Positions 1-9,962 are shown, counted from the stretch's first letter. The stretch is DNA of 64,000 nt from a virus (IMGVR_UViG_3300047319_001547:31061-95060), one strand, 5' to 3'. Notes: generated from the letters alone by a model not told the origin. Numbers and translations are program-made.

Positions 1-154
1 CGATGCTGGCCAGCCCCAGACGCTGCAGACGCTTCTGGATCGCATTCGCGCTCCGCCCGACGTAGCTCACGACTTGCTCGATCGTCGCGTATTCGCTCAG
101 CGCTTCCTGGAGGTTCAGGTCGTCTTCGGGCGTCCAGCGATACGAGTCGGTCAT
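1..154 (-). CDS. Partial gene with N-terminal Myb/SANT-like HTH (runs off window)
   Basis: Hand translation: MTDSYRWTPEDDLNLQEAL...VGRSANAIQKRLQRLGL. ATG overlaps the upstream stop (ATGA). Confidence 0.6.
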   Translation of the reverse strand, partial: MTDSYRWTPEDDLNLQEALSEYATIEQVVSYVGRSANAIQKRLQRLGLASI

Positions 155-567
155 TCGAACCTCGGGGGCTTAGGGAACTTCAGCCAGCCGTTCCGCACCA
201 GGACGTCGAACAGCGGGCCTTCGATCAGGCAGATGATGTGCTCTTCGCGGTCGGACAGAACCGCCTCGTCTTTCGCGCCGAACACCTTCAGCCGCAGGTC
301 GACGCCGATCGTCTCGAGGCATCGGTGGAACGTCTCGTGAAACAGCCGCTGCTTCTGGATCGACTCCTCGGCGACGCCGATGTCGATCTCGTTCTTCTTG
401 CGGTCGAACGACGCGTCGCACTCGTTCCCGTCGTCGTCGGTGGGAGTGGGGTGGACGAAGACGGGCGTCACGCCGCCGTGCGTCTCCATCTTGGTCCAGA
501 GCCGCCGCCTGCGTCGCCGGGGGTTTGCCACGCCCGGAGTATGCCGCCCGACGCGTGAATGCTGCAC
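151..567 (-). CDS. Hypothetical protein with HExxH motif (possible metallopeptidase)
   Basis: LFHETFH motif; start may instead be ATG 489. Confidence 0.5.
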   Translation of the reverse strand: MQHSRVGRHTPGVANPRRRRRRLWTKMETHGGVTPVFVHPTPTDDDGNECDASFDRKKNEIDIGVAEESIQKQRLFHETFHRCLETIGVDLRLKVFGAKDEAVLSDREEHIICLIEGPLFDVLVRNGWLKFPKPPRFE

Positions 568-581
568 GTCTCGGGGGGTAA

Positions 582-610
582 TTGTGGGCGATCCCGGCGG
601 CGAGTAGCCT
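582..610 (+). promoter_or_regulatory. Putative sigma70-like promoter TTGTGG-17-TAGCCT
   Basis: 17-bp spacing, upstream of ATG 621; same pattern recurs before other virion genes. Confidence 0.4.
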
Positions 611-620
611 CAGCGGGGCG

Positions 621-1316
621 ATGAGTAAATCAGACGGCCTCGAGAACTCCTGGCTGCTGCTTTATTTCACCGCAACGGCGATCGCGAACATCGCCGACAA
701 CGCAGCGAGCGTGCCCGCGACGAACATCTTCATCTCGCTCCACACGGCAGATCCCGGCGAGGGCGGCAATCAGACGTCGAACGAGTGCGCCTACACGGGT
801 TATGCCCGCATCGCGGTCGTGCGAACGAGCGGAGGCTGGACGGTCTCCGGGACGAACCCGACGCAGGCCGTCAATGCGGCGCTCGTTCAATTCGCGAAGT
901 CGACCGGGGTCGCCGACAACACCAACGCCATCTACTTCGGCGTGGGCCGTTCGTCGTCGGGGGCGGGAACTCTCGACTATTCGGGCGTCCTCGGAACGGC
1001 GCTCGGCCCCGGAACAGCCGAGACGGACGACAACACCGTCACGATTCCCGGCCTGGCGGGCGTCGCGGTCGGCGACAAGATCATCTTCGTTCACTCGCCC
1101 AACGGTCTGACGCCGGGCGGGATCGTCGAAGGGACGACCTACTTCGCCAAGACGGTCGCGGGCGACGTGCTGACGCTCTCCGCCACGTCGGGAGGCGCGA
1201 CGCTGACCGTCACGTCGGACGGTTCGGGATTCTGGTATCGGAGCTCGCCGCTTCAGATCACGCTCAACGTTCAGCCGCAGTTCGCGGCCGGCACGCTCGT
1301 CGTCACCGAGGACTGA
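621..1316 (+). CDS. Phage structural/tail-fibre-associated protein
   Basis: LHTADPG...E..YTGYARIAV motif typical of phage tail-associated proteins; Thr/Gly-rich. Confidence 0.6.
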   Translation: MSKSDGLENSWLLLYFTATAIANIADNAASVPATNIFISLHTADPGEGGNQTSNECAYTGYARIAVVRTSGGWTVSGTNPTQAVNAALVQFAKSTGVADNTNAIYFGVGRSSSGAGTLDYSGVLGTALGPGTAETDDNTVTIPGLAGVAVGDKIIFVHSPNGLTPGGIVEGTTYFAKTVAGDVLTLSATSGGATLTVTSDGSGFWYRSSPLQITLNVQPQFAAGTLVVTED

Positions 1317-1672
1317 TGGCCGCGACAGACGGCACGCAGCTCAACTTGGGTCTCGCCGGAGATCTAGTCAGCGACGAGGACATGACGGGACTGCCGCGAG
1401 GCGTCGCTGACGTTCCGCAGCTGGGATCGGGCAACGCAAACTACAAGGTCGAGCGGACGAAGGTCGCCGTGGGCCGCTACGGACACGACGACGGAGACGC
1501 CGAACCGGACAGCCCGCTGTGGGTTGGAATGCGCCGGGAGCGTCTGGTGCTCGAAACAGAAATGCTCGCACGATTGGACGCAAACGCGATGAGCATGCAG
1601 CGCAGATGCTACGAACGCGTCGGCCTGAGCGATCGGCGCGGACGAACAGCGGAGAGAGGAAACGTCAGATGA
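1316..1672 (+). CDS. Hypothetical protein
   Basis: ATG coupled to upstream TGA (TGATG); MAATDGTQLNLG... Confidence 0.55.
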   Translation: MAATDGTQLNLGLAGDLVSDEDMTGLPRGVADVPQLGSGNANYKVERTKVAVGRYGHDDGDAEPDSPLWVGMRRERLVLETEMLARLDANAMSMQRRCYERVGLSDRRGRTAERGNVR

Positions 1673-2325
1673 TTCTCGAAGGCATCTATCGTCGATTCCA
1701 GGCACTTCGTGCAGGGAAGGGCCCGATCGATCTGAGGCTCACGCACGCCGAGAGTCTGGCGATCTGTCAGGTGGAGCCGATCGGCTTCGAGATGGCGCGC
1801 GCAGGACGGCGATTCGCCCTCGGCTACTCGGCTGCCGTCACCGGGATCGCTCCCGTCCAGGCGCTTCCGACCACCGCCGCCCAGTGGGTGTGGTGGAACA
1901 ACGATGCGACGAAGTCGCACATCGTTCAGACGCTGGGAGCTCAGGTTTTGAGCGGGACCCCGGGAGTCGCCGGTCAGCTTTTCGCTGCTCTGATTCAGGC
2001 ACCCGCCACGGTTGGAACCGTCAGCAAGGCGGGACTGACCGTGGCGTCGAAGTCCAACGGAGGACTCACAAGCAAGGCAGTCTTCACGTCGGGCGTGACG
2101 GTGACGGCGCCAGCCGCACCGGCGTGGTTTTCTGTCGCGGAGAACCTGTCGCCCAACGTCGGGGCGTTCCCGGGATCGGGAATCATGGTCAACCGGATAC
2201 TCGATGGACGGATCGTGATTCCGCCCGGTCAGGGTCTCGCGCTCGCCGTCGTCGCACTCGCCGGCACGACGCCGCTGTTTGGTCCGATCGCTGAGTGGGT
2301 CGAGTTGGAAACCGATCTCGAATAA
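1669..2325 (+). CDS. Hypothetical (probable virion) protein
   Basis: ATGA coupling; beta-rich Ala/Gly/Thr composition. Confidence 0.55.
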   Translation: MILEGIYRRFQALRAGKGPIDLRLTHAESLAICQVEPIGFEMARAGRRFALGYSAAVTGIAPVQALPTTAAQWVWWNNDATKSHIVQTLGAQVLSGTPGVAGQLFAALIQAPATVGTVSKAGLTVASKSNGGLTSKAVFTSGVTVTAPAAPAWFSVAENLSPNVGAFPGSGIMVNRILDGRIVIPPGQGLALAVVALAGTTPLFGPIAEWVELETDLE

Positions 2326-2334
2326 AACGGGGTC

Positions 2335-3558
2335 ATGCGTCTCGCGAAGATCGCGAACAACCTCAACCCGCAGCTGGCTTTCATTGCGGGCGTGAGCGCG
2401 TCTCTCGCTGCGGGGAGTGGGGCGCCGTCAGCGCAGGGCGCCGTCGTCGGCAGTTCGGACGGCGCCGCGACGTGCCTCTCGTCCGTGACGGGAGTCGGAG
2501 TGGAGTCAGGAGTCTCGGCGGCGGATTCTACCGCTCAATCGAGCGTCGTCGGCGTGGGTGGCGCGCCCGCGATCGCCGTCGGGAGCTCCCTGGATTCGGC
2601 GTCACCGCCGACCGGGCAGGGATCGGTGGTCGGATCGTCGGCGGGTGCTGCGGCAGGATCTGGAGTTGCTGCGGGTCTGGGCGGCGTCGCGGGATCTAGC
2701 GCGGGGGGAGATGCGCCGCGGGGTGACGTCACCGGCGTGTTCGCCGCCGGCGGCACGACGTCGGGGGATTCTGCTGCAGCGGGCGTTGTGATCGGCGTGG
2801 GAGGAGTCGCGGGCAAACCCGTGGGTGGATCAACTGCGTCGGCTTCCCTGGCGGGCCCAGCTGGGATGGCGGCGCGCGCGGATGCGAGTTCTACGGCGTC
2901 TTCGGCGGCTGCGGGAATCGGAAGCGTCGGTGGATATTCGTCGGGAATCGCGGCCCCGACCTCTTCCGTCGTGGGGGCGGGCGTGGAGAGCGGTTCGAGC
3001 GCAGGCGATGCTGCAGCGTCGGGTTCGGTCGCCGGGTTCGGCGCAGCAGCGGGCGTCTCCAACACGGTCGCGGCCGCCCGCGGCGTGATTGGGGGTCCCG
3101 CGTCTGCTCTCGCTGCGTCGTCGGGAGGAGCCGCAGCGCGCGCCAGTGCATCGGCAATCGGGGCGGTGGCGGGACGATCAGACGCCTTCGGCGCGGCGAC
3201 TGCGCAGGTCATGTCTTCAGGGATTCTTTTCGGCGCCGGGGTGTCGGCCGGGATCTCCGTCGTGGCGGGGATCGTCGCCGGAACGGCATCCGGTTCCGGA
3301 ATCTCGGGAGGTTCGTCGTCCGTCTTCAGTGCGCTGGTCGCGGCGGGCGTCGTCTCCGGCGCGTCGCGCAGTTCGTCTTCGGTGGGCGGCACCTTCAGCG
3401 CTGCGGGATACCTGGGGGGTGTCGTCGTCGGAGTCGCGGGCGGTTGCGGCATCATCGACCCCCCTCCGCTCGCCACACTTCTCGGCGCGGCCGCCGTCAT
3501 CACGACGACGCGAACGGTCGTCGTCCGCTACGGAATTGCTCGACTGCGACGCCGATGA
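2335..3558 (+). CDS. Gly/Ala/Ser-rich low-complexity protein (fibre-like)
   Basis: 407 aa of degenerate GSSAG-type repeats within the structural cluster. Confidence 0.55.
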   Translation: MRLAKIANNLNPQLAFIAGVSASLAAGSGAPSAQGAVVGSSDGAATCLSSVTGVGVESGVSAADSTAQSSVVGVGGAPAIAVGSSLDSASPPTGQGSVVGSSAGAAAGSGVAAGLGGVAGSSAGGDAPRGDVTGVFAAGGTTSGDSAAAGVVIGVGGVAGKPVGGSTASASLAGPAGMAARADASSTASSAAAGIGSVGGYSSGIAAPTSSVVGAGVESGSSAGDAAASGSVAGFGAAAGVSNTVAAARGVIGGPASALAASSGGAAARASASAIGAVAGRSDAFGAATAQVMSSGILFGAGVSAGISVVAGIVAGTASGSGISGGSSSVFSALVAAGVVSGASRSSSSVGGTFSAAGYLGGVVVGVAGGCGIIDPPPLATLLGAAAVITTTRTVVVRYGIARLRRR

Positions 3559-3723
3559 GATCCTCGACGTCATGTCGAACCCGCGCGACAACGTGTCGTT
3601 CTCGCTGACTCGAGCGACCGTCAACGCGGTCTCGACGAACCCGGATGCGGAAGTCGATCCCGCCGCGTCGACGAACCGCGACCGAGAAGTCGTGGTGAGG
3701 GTCTCGATCAAAAGTCTGAACCG

Positions 3724-4203
3724 ATGAGCTCCTCGTTTCCGCCCGGCCCGTCGTCCGATCGCCCGTCGGATCGTCCGCTCTACACGGACGAAGAGCTGGT
3801 GCTCCAGCCCCACTATCAGCGCCGGACGATGTACGGAGGCGACACCTTCATCTTCGACATCCAGATCCAACGGCCGCCCGCCGGCAGTCCCCCCGGCACG
3901 CCTCCGCAGCCCGTGAATCTGACTGGATATTTCATCTGGTTTTCGGCGAAATACCACGCGGTCGATCCGGACAATCAGGCGGTGTCGTTTCTGACGACCG
4001 CATTGTCGGGCGGGATCGTCGTGACGGACGCGCTGAACGGCAAGGTGGAGATCACGATGCCTGCGATCGCCACGCGCAGCTTCCCGAGCGGCGTCACGCC
4101 TCTCATCACGACCGTCAAGGTCAAAGACACGTCGGGCAACGTCTTCACCGCAGAAGTGGCAGTGCTCGAGGTCTGGCCGTCCGGGGTCGCCGCCATCTCC
4201 TGA
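3724..4203 (+). CDS. BppU-N-like structural protein
   Basis: GDTF..IQ...PVNLTGY...TDALNGKVEITM pattern. Confidence 0.55.
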   Translation: MSSSFPPGPSSDRPSDRPLYTDEELVLQPHYQRRTMYGGDTFIFDIQIQRPPAGSPPGTPPQPVNLTGYFIWFSAKYHAVDPDNQAVSFLTTALSGGIVVTDALNGKVEITMPAIATRSFPSGVTPLITTVKVKDTSGNVFTAEVAVLEVWPSGVAAIS

Positions 4204-4207
4204 AGGT

Positions 4208-4223
4208 TGGAACTCGAGTTCCA
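4208..4223. repeat. Palindrome TGGAACTCGAGTTCCA, copy 1 (intergenic)
   Basis: Exact match, 4 nt after a TGA; overlaps the -35 of TTGGAA-17-TAGGGT. Confidence 0.97.
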
Positions 4224-4241
4224 GCCCGGTAGGGTTTCGGC

Positions 4242-5063
4242 ATGGCGAACCTCACGCCCCTCCTCCAGCGAGGGATGGGGCACATTCCTGGCCCGTTCCC
4301 CGAGGGGACGCTGTCGACCAAGCACCTGTTCGGCGCACGCCGCGTCGGGCTGTCGGGCAACGTCGACCTGTCAGATTACGTCGACATGATTCGCGACCAG
4401 GGGCAGACGAGCCGCTGCGTCGGCGCCGCGAACGCGCGCACGCTGCACGTCGCGGCGCAGCGCCAGAAGTTCGGCGGTCCGAACCCGACTCAGATGCCGT
4501 ATCCGAGCGAGCGCGGTCTCTACTCGCTGGCGCGCGCGGAGGAGAGCGTCACGGGCGACGAGGAGCTGATCGACGAGGGATCGGTGCCGGGTCTGCTGGT
4601 GACGGCGGTGCAGCGCGACATCGGGGTGCCGCTCGAGCGCGACTTCCCGGAGGACGACGCCAACATCAACGAGCGCGTGCCGGCCGAAGTGATCGCCGCC
4701 GCGCTGTCGATCAAGGTCAAGGCGATCCACCTGATCGACTCCGACGGGTTGAACCGCGTCGACGACGCCGTCCAGACGCTGCTCGAGGGGTTCGCCTTCA
4801 CGATGGCGATTCCGGTCGGCCCTGAGTACGAGGGCTGCAACTCCGAGACGCCCGTCGAGGCGTGCGGCGCCCAGGTGTTCGGCGGCCACGACGTCGCGAT
4901 CCTTGGCGTCAAGACCGTGAACGGACGGCGGTTCTTCAAGAACGCCGGATCGTGGGGCACCCGCTTCGGCTTCAACGGCTGGGTGTGGCTGGCCGAGTCG
5001 GTCCTGACGGACCCGCGCGCGCGAGACTTCATCGTCCCAACCGTCGTCACGGACTGGAGCTGA
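4242..5063 (+). CDS. Papain-like (C1A) cysteine peptidase
   Basis: DQGQTSRCVG (Gln/Cys), GGHDVAILG (His), NAGSWG..FG..G..W. Confidence 0.85.
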   Translation: MANLTPLLQRGMGHIPGPFPEGTLSTKHLFGARRVGLSGNVDLSDYVDMIRDQGQTSRCVGAANARTLHVAAQRQKFGGPNPTQMPYPSERGLYSLARAEESVTGDEELIDEGSVPGLLVTAVQRDIGVPLERDFPEDDANINERVPAEVIAAALSIKVKAIHLIDSDGLNRVDDAVQTLLEGFAFTMAIPVGPEYEGCNSETPVEACGAQVFGGHDVAILGVKTVNGRRFFKNAGSWGTRFGFNGWVWLAESVLTDPRARDFIVPTVVTDWS

Positions 5064-5067
5064 TCCG

Positions 5068-5385
5068 ATGCTGCGTCATTTCGTGTTCGCCGTCGTGCTG
5101 ACCGCCCTCTCGTGCTGCGTTCCGCAGCCGGGCCCGGCCCCCATGCCACCGGACGCCACGGACGCGTCTCCGCCCGTCCTGGACGCCGCACCGCCCGACG
5201 ACGACTCGTCCGATCCCGCCTCCCAGGCGTGCGCGCACCTGCGGGATCTCGGCTGCCCGCTCGGGTCAGCCGCGACGTGCGTCGCGGTCTTCTCGCTCGA
5301 CCCAAAGTGGGGCATCACTCCCGCGTGCGTCCTGAGGGCTCGCGGTCCGGCAGAACTCGAAACCTGCCACGTCATCTGCAGGTGA
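5068..5385 (+). CDS. Cys-rich putative lipoprotein
   Basis: Hydrophobic signal ending ALSCC; Pro/Asp linker; 6 further Cys. Confidence 0.6.
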   Translation: MLRHFVFAVVLTALSCCVPQPGPAPMPPDATDASPPVLDAAPPDDDSSDPASQACAHLRDLGCPLGSAATCVAVFSLDPKWGITPACVLRARGPAELETCHVICR

Positions 5386-5389
5386 TCGG

Positions 5390-5674
5390 GTGCCGGGCCT
5401 GACGGGACTCGGTTCCTGGGTGGCAGACTCCAAGAGGCGAAAGTTCAGCCTTCCGATCGCGCACAAGCCCTACATGGTGCTGCCGCGCGGTGGAACCGGG
5501 CCGTTTTCGTGCGCCAATTGTGCATTCATCTTCAAGAAGGGTGATGAGCATCACTGCTCGAACCGTGATTATCAATCGTTCGCCGGCACGACTCTGCTGG
5601 TGGCGGAAGACGGGAAGACTCCGTTGGACGATCCGTCGCGCGCCTGCAGCGACTTCTTCCGGCCCGCGCGTTGA
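5390..5674 (+). CDS. Small 4-Cys protein
   Basis: CANC...HC...CSDF; possible metal binding. Confidence 0.5.
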   Translation: MPGLTGLGSWVADSKRRKFSLPIAHKPYMVLPRGGTGPFSCANCAFIFKKGDEHHCSNRDYQSFAGTTLLVAEDGKTPLDDPSRACSDFFRPAR

Positions 5675-5718
5675 CGACCGCGCGCCCGCGGGGTCTTCTG
5701 GACCGCGGAGGCGCTGAC

Positions 5719-6300
5719 ATGATGGGAGAGAAGACGGACCACGTCATCGTGTGGGATCCGAGCGGTGACTTCTGGCCGGGCGGGATCGTCACGTCGGAGG
5801 TCGCCGACTCGCTGCTGTCGGCCGGGGTCGTGATGCTGCCGGTCGAGCGCAACCTCATCGAGCAGTGCGCGATCGGCGGCTACTTCTTCCGGTCGTGGGG
5901 GGCGGGGGTTCCGCTTCCGCTGGGGGTTCCGCGGATGATCTGCCCGCTGGCGCTGTACGTGTCGCGAATCAACAACTCCAAGCCGGACGCGCCGACGCGT
6001 CTCAGCTGGGTGGCGCGGCTCGTCCAGGTGAATCCCTACGGGCAGCTGGTGAAGCCGAAGGGAACGATCCGGCTGGCGCCCGACACCGGGCAGACCGGGA
6101 TGTTCGGCGGCGGCGTGTCGGCGAACGACAAGACGGCCGTCGATCTCGGGCTGCTTCAGGCCCCCGACGAGCACGGTGGCTGGACGGTGAGGGGCGAGGC
6201 GGGCGTGAACGTCGCGATCGACGCCATGCTGGGGCTCGGCCTTTATTGTTCGGGTGAGGGCGCGCGGATAGCCTGGGCGGCAGTCAGCCAGTCTCGCTGA
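5719..6300 (+). CDS. Hypothetical protein
   Basis: GGAGG RBS before the ATG; fills the operon. Confidence 0.55.
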   Translation: MMGEKTDHVIVWDPSGDFWPGGIVTSEVADSLLSAGVVMLPVERNLIEQCAIGGYFFRSWGAGVPLPLGVPRMICPLALYVSRINNSKPDAPTRLSWVARLVQVNPYGQLVKPKGTIRLAPDTGQTGMFGGGVSANDKTAVDLGLLQAPDEHGGWTVRGEAGVNVAIDAMLGLGLYCSGEGARIAWAAVSQSR

Positions 6301-6316
6301 CGCGGAGGCTCTTCCG

Positions 6317-7063
6317 ATGCGGTTTCCCCTGACGTTTCAGCGCCGAAAGGGCGGATCCGGATCGGTGCCGGTGATCGGCGGATCTCAGGACGCAGCTCCG
6401 GTTTCGACGCCGCCGAGCGCCAAGGCGGACAACATCCTGTTCTGCGGGCTGCGGGACGTGAACGGCTGGCCGATCCAGCGCATCGCGATCTGCTGGACGC
6501 TCGAGACCAACTCCTACACGCTCGCGGCGGCCGGGACCGCACCTCCCGCCGTCACCCTCTCGGGCACGACTTCCGGCAGGCCGGCGGTCACGATCGAGAT
6601 CGACATCACGCTGACGGGCATCCGCGGAGTCGCGACGTTTCAGTGGCTGCTCAATGGCGTCGTCCAGCAGACCGGCCAGCTGACGGCCGCGACGTTCGCG
6701 CTCGGAACGACTGGCCTGACTGCCAACTTCCCGGCCGGCACCTACACGAACGACAACGTCTACACGTCGTCGCCGACGGTTCCGACTGCGTTCAACGTCG
6801 ACGCGTACTTCTGGGAGGCCGCGACCGGCCGCTGGTACAAGATCAACGACACGGCGCTGTCGGTGAAGCCGAATCAGCTCTTCTTCTTCGACACCGTGAC
6901 GATCGCCGCGCCGGCGCCGTCGAACTCCACCATCAATCAACCGGGGTCGCCCGCGCAGCCCGGTGGGATGGAGATCTTCATCGTCGTCACGGACCCGGGT
7001 GCCCAGGTGAACGGCACGTACTCGTTCGCGGTGGGCGGCGACCTGACGACTGTCGGGACGTGA
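6317..7063 (+). CDS. Hypothetical (probable virion) protein
   Basis: GGAGG RBS; Thr-rich beta composition. Confidence 0.55.
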   Translation: MRFPLTFQRRKGGSGSVPVIGGSQDAAPVSTPPSAKADNILFCGLRDVNGWPIQRIAICWTLETNSYTLAAAGTAPPAVTLSGTTSGRPAVTIEIDITLTGIRGVATFQWLLNGVVQQTGQLTAATFALGTTGLTANFPAGTYTNDNVYTSSPTVPTAFNVDAYFWEAATGRWYKINDTALSVKPNQLFFFDTVTIAAPAPSNSTINQPGSPAQPGGMEIFIVVTDPGAQVNGTYSFAVGGDLTTVGT

Positions 7064-7070
7064 GCCCCGC

Positions 7071-8936
7071 ATGCCGTCCCCCAGCCAGTCTGGAGTGATC
7101 GACACGAACAGCATGGGCTCGGGTGGCTCGCTGATCGCGCCGTCGGCGTTCCGCGGCACCAGCTTCCTGTCGAGCCCGCGCTTCAAGGAGCTCGACCGCC
7201 GGCAGTCCTACTACGACTGCCAGCAGCACGACGGGAAGAAGTACGACTTCGACGGGCGCATCATCGACCTTCAGGGGCCGGGCGCCATGTCGACCCAGCG
7301 GCTGCTGAACTCCGACGTCGCCCCCTACTACGTGCCGCTCCGCGCGCGCCGCCCCAGCGCGCCCGCGCGGCTGGCGCGCGTCATCACGAACGCCTTCACC
7401 AACATGGTGTTCGGCGCCCAGCGGTTTCCCGAGCTGAAGGTCGAGGGGGATCCGGACACGCAGGACTTCGACGCCGCGATCGCGAAGGCCACCAGCCTGT
7501 CGACGAAGATGATCCGCGCCCGGACGATCGGCGGGTCGGTCGGCACGGTCGGGATGTCGTGGTGCTTCGATCGCAAGGGGCGGCCCCGCATCGAGACCCA
7601 CAACGGCAAATACCTGTTCGTCCACGACTGGGAGGACCGCGAGGAGCTGGTCCCGAAGTGGGTGACGGAAGTCTACCTGACGGCGCGCCCCGAGTGGGAC
7701 GGCAGCCGGAAGAAGTTCGTCATCAACTGGTACTGGCACCGGCGCGACTGGGACGCCCGCAACGACATCCTCTTCAAGGAGTGCCTCTACAAGGCAGGCG
7801 AGGAGCCGATCTGGATGCCGGATCCGCTCAACTCCGTCACGCACGACGACGGGTTCTGCCACATGACGTGGATCCAGAACCTGCCGACCGAAGACCTCGA
7901 CGGGCTGCCGGACTTCGACGGGCTGTTCGACCTGTTCGACTCCATCGACATCCTGAACAGCGTCGTCGTCAAGGGGGCGATCCTCAATCTCGACCCGACG
8001 CTGGTGCTGAAGATCGACCGCGACATCGCGGGCTCGATGGGGGTCAAGACCGGCAGCGACGACGCGCTCATAGTGGGCGAGGAGGGCGGGGCCGAATACC
8101 TGGAGCTGACCGGCACGTCGCTCGAGTCGGGCATCAAGCTGCTGAACGAGCAGCGCCGCAACGCGCTCGAGACCGCGCAGTGCATCGTGCCGGATCCGGC
8201 CGACATCGCCGCCCAGGGGATCTCGAGCGTCGCCCTGAAGGGCATCTTCGGCCCGATGATCGGCAAGTGCGAGACGCTGCGCGACCAGTACGGCAAGGGG
8301 ATGAAGCGCGTGCTGGACCAGATGACGGACGTCGCGCGAGCGAAGCTCGGCCAGAAGACGATCATCTACGTCAAGAACGACGCGGGCGAGCCGGAGGCTC
8401 AGGAGGTCGAGTTCTTCATCGACCTGCCGGCGAAGGTGGTGGAGACGCCGCAGCAGAGTCCCGACGGTCAGCCGGTCGTCGAGGAGGACACCGGCAAGCC
8501 GGTGGTCGACACCCAGAAGGTCGAGCTCAAGCCCGGCGACGGCGGCGAGCTGGAGCTCGTGTGGCCCGAGTACTTCCCGGCGACTCCCGCCGATCAGGCG
8601 GCAGTCGTGACGACGCTCGGCACTGCCGCGGGCGGCAAGCCGATCATCAGCCAGCAGACCGCGGTCGAGAAGACGGCGGCCGTCTACGGGGTCGAGCCCG
8701 CCGAGGAGTGGGCGCGCGTCCAGAAGGGCAACGCCGAAGACAAGGCGGCCGCTGCCGAGAACGCGAAGGCGATGGGGACAGACGGAGACTTCGCGGGCGG
8801 GAAACCTGGGGCGGACGGCATGCCGGAAGGCGCCAAGCCGAAGCCGCTCGCCGCGCCGAAGTTCGGCGGCTCCAAGGCACCGTTCGGCGGCAAGCAGGAC
8901 GACGACGCGGGCGGAGACGACGACGGGGGGAAGTGA
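7071..8936 (+). CDS. Portal protein
   Basis: 621 aa, directly before MuF and the head genes; SSVALK and LVWPEYFP motifs; disordered C-terminal tail. Confidence 0.75.
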   Translation: MPSPSQSGVIDTNSMGSGGSLIAPSAFRGTSFLSSPRFKELDRRQSYYDCQQHDGKKYDFDGRIIDLQGPGAMSTQRLLNSDVAPYYVPLRARRPSAPARLARVITNAFTNMVFGAQRFPELKVEGDPDTQDFDAAIAKATSLSTKMIRARTIGGSVGTVGMSWCFDRKGRPRIETHNGKYLFVHDWEDREELVPKWVTEVYLTARPEWDGSRKKFVINWYWHRRDWDARNDILFKECLYKAGEEPIWMPDPLNSVTHDDGFCHMTWIQNLPTEDLDGLPDFDGLFDLFDSIDILNSVVVKGAILNLDPTLVLKIDRDIAGSMGVKTGSDDALIVGEEGGAEYLELTGTSLESGIKLLNEQRRNALETAQCIVPDPADIAAQGISSVALKGIFGPMIGKCETLRDQYGKGMKRVLDQMTDVARAKLGQKTIIYVKNDAGEPEAQEVEFFIDLPAKVVETPQQSPDGQPVVEEDTGKPVVDTQKVELKPGDGGELELVWPEYFPATPADQAAVVTTLGTAAGGKPIISQQTAVEKTAAVYGVEPAEEWARVQKGNAEDKAAAAENAKAMGTDGDFAGGKPGADGMPEGAKPKPLAAPKFGGSKAPFGGKQDDDAGGDDDGGK

Positions 8937-8939
8937 CGC

Positions 8940-9962
8940 GTGGCCGCGACACCGCGCGACGTTCTGGCGTCTGACCACCGCGACTCGCTCGAGATGCTCA
9001 AGCAGCTCGGCGCCGTCAGGACGCGGAAGATCCTGGCGCGCGCGCAGCGCGACCTGGAGCGGCGACTCGACCAGGCGGTGAGGGCACCCGGCGCCCAGTC
9101 CTACACGGCGGCGAACCTCAGGACGGCCCTCACGCAAGTCAGGGAGGCGACGCGCATCGTCCAGAAGGGGATGAGGGGTGTGCTGCTGGACGGGGCCGGC
9201 TACGCGGCCGAGCGGTCGGTCGAGAACCTGTCGCGCTACCTGCACGCGGCGAATCAGCAGTTCAGCGGGGTGTCGCGTCCTCTCGCGCTCGACACCGCCG
9301 CGATGGTGGACGAGGCAAGCTCGGGCGCGCGCGCGACGGTGCTGCGTCGCCTGGCGTCATCCGGCACGCAGGTTCCGGGCGCGGAGCCGGATCCCCACCC
9401 CGCGCGCGCCGGCATCATGGAGCGCTACGGGCTGGCGACGATCGGACACTTCGAGCAGATACTTCAGCGCGGGCTGATCGCGCGCGCGCCGTGGGAGGAC
9501 GTAAAGGACGAGATGACGGGTGCGAGCTCCTTCCTCCAGGGAGCACCCCGCTTCTGGAGCGAGCGGATCGTCAGGACCGAGACGGCCGGCATCTACAACC
9601 GCGCCGGCTGGGAGGCGATCCGCACCGCCGACGACGAGCTGGGCGACATGCTGAAGATCCTGTCGGCGACGTTCGACGATCGGACCGCCAGCGACTCGTA
9701 TGCGGTCCACGGGCAGATCCGCAAGCCCGAGCAGGCGTTCGAGTCGTGGTACGGGCTGTACCAACATCCGCCCAACCGACCCAACGACCGCGAGGTGGTG
9801 GTGCCGCACAGGATGTCGTGGCCGATCCCTCCCTACCTGAAGTGGATGACCGCCGAGCAGATCGCCGCGCGGTGGCGCCACGAGGGACGCAAGGGGAAGG
9901 TGCCGCCCCGCCCGATGATGACGACCGTCCCGCTGGACCAGATCGGCAGGGGGAAGAAGTGA
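8940..9962 (+). CDS. MuF-like minor head protein
   Basis: RIVRTE...DDRT...HGQ...HPPNRPNDR; follows the portal. Confidence 0.75.
   Translation: MAATPRDVLASDHRDSLEMLKQLGAVRTRKILARAQRDLERRLDQAVRAPGAQSYTAANLRTALTQVREATRIVQKGMRGVLLDGAGYAAERSVENLSRYLHAANQQFSGVSRPLALDTAAMVDEASSGARATVLRRLASSGTQVPGAEPDPHPARAGIMERYGLATIGHFEQILQRGLIARAPWEDVKDEMTGASSFLQGAPRFWSERIVRTETAGIYNRAGWEAIRTADDELGDMLKILSATFDDRTASDSYAVHGQIRKPEQAFESWYGLYQHPPNRPNDREVVVPHRMSWPIPPYLKWMTAEQIAARWRHEGRKGKVPPRPMMTTVPLDQIGRGKK

Noticed and set aside
3555-3727. Small ORF or frameshift extension of the Gly/Ala-rich gene
   Set aside because: Plausible (ATG 3572), but there is no RBS, slippery site or motif to support it.
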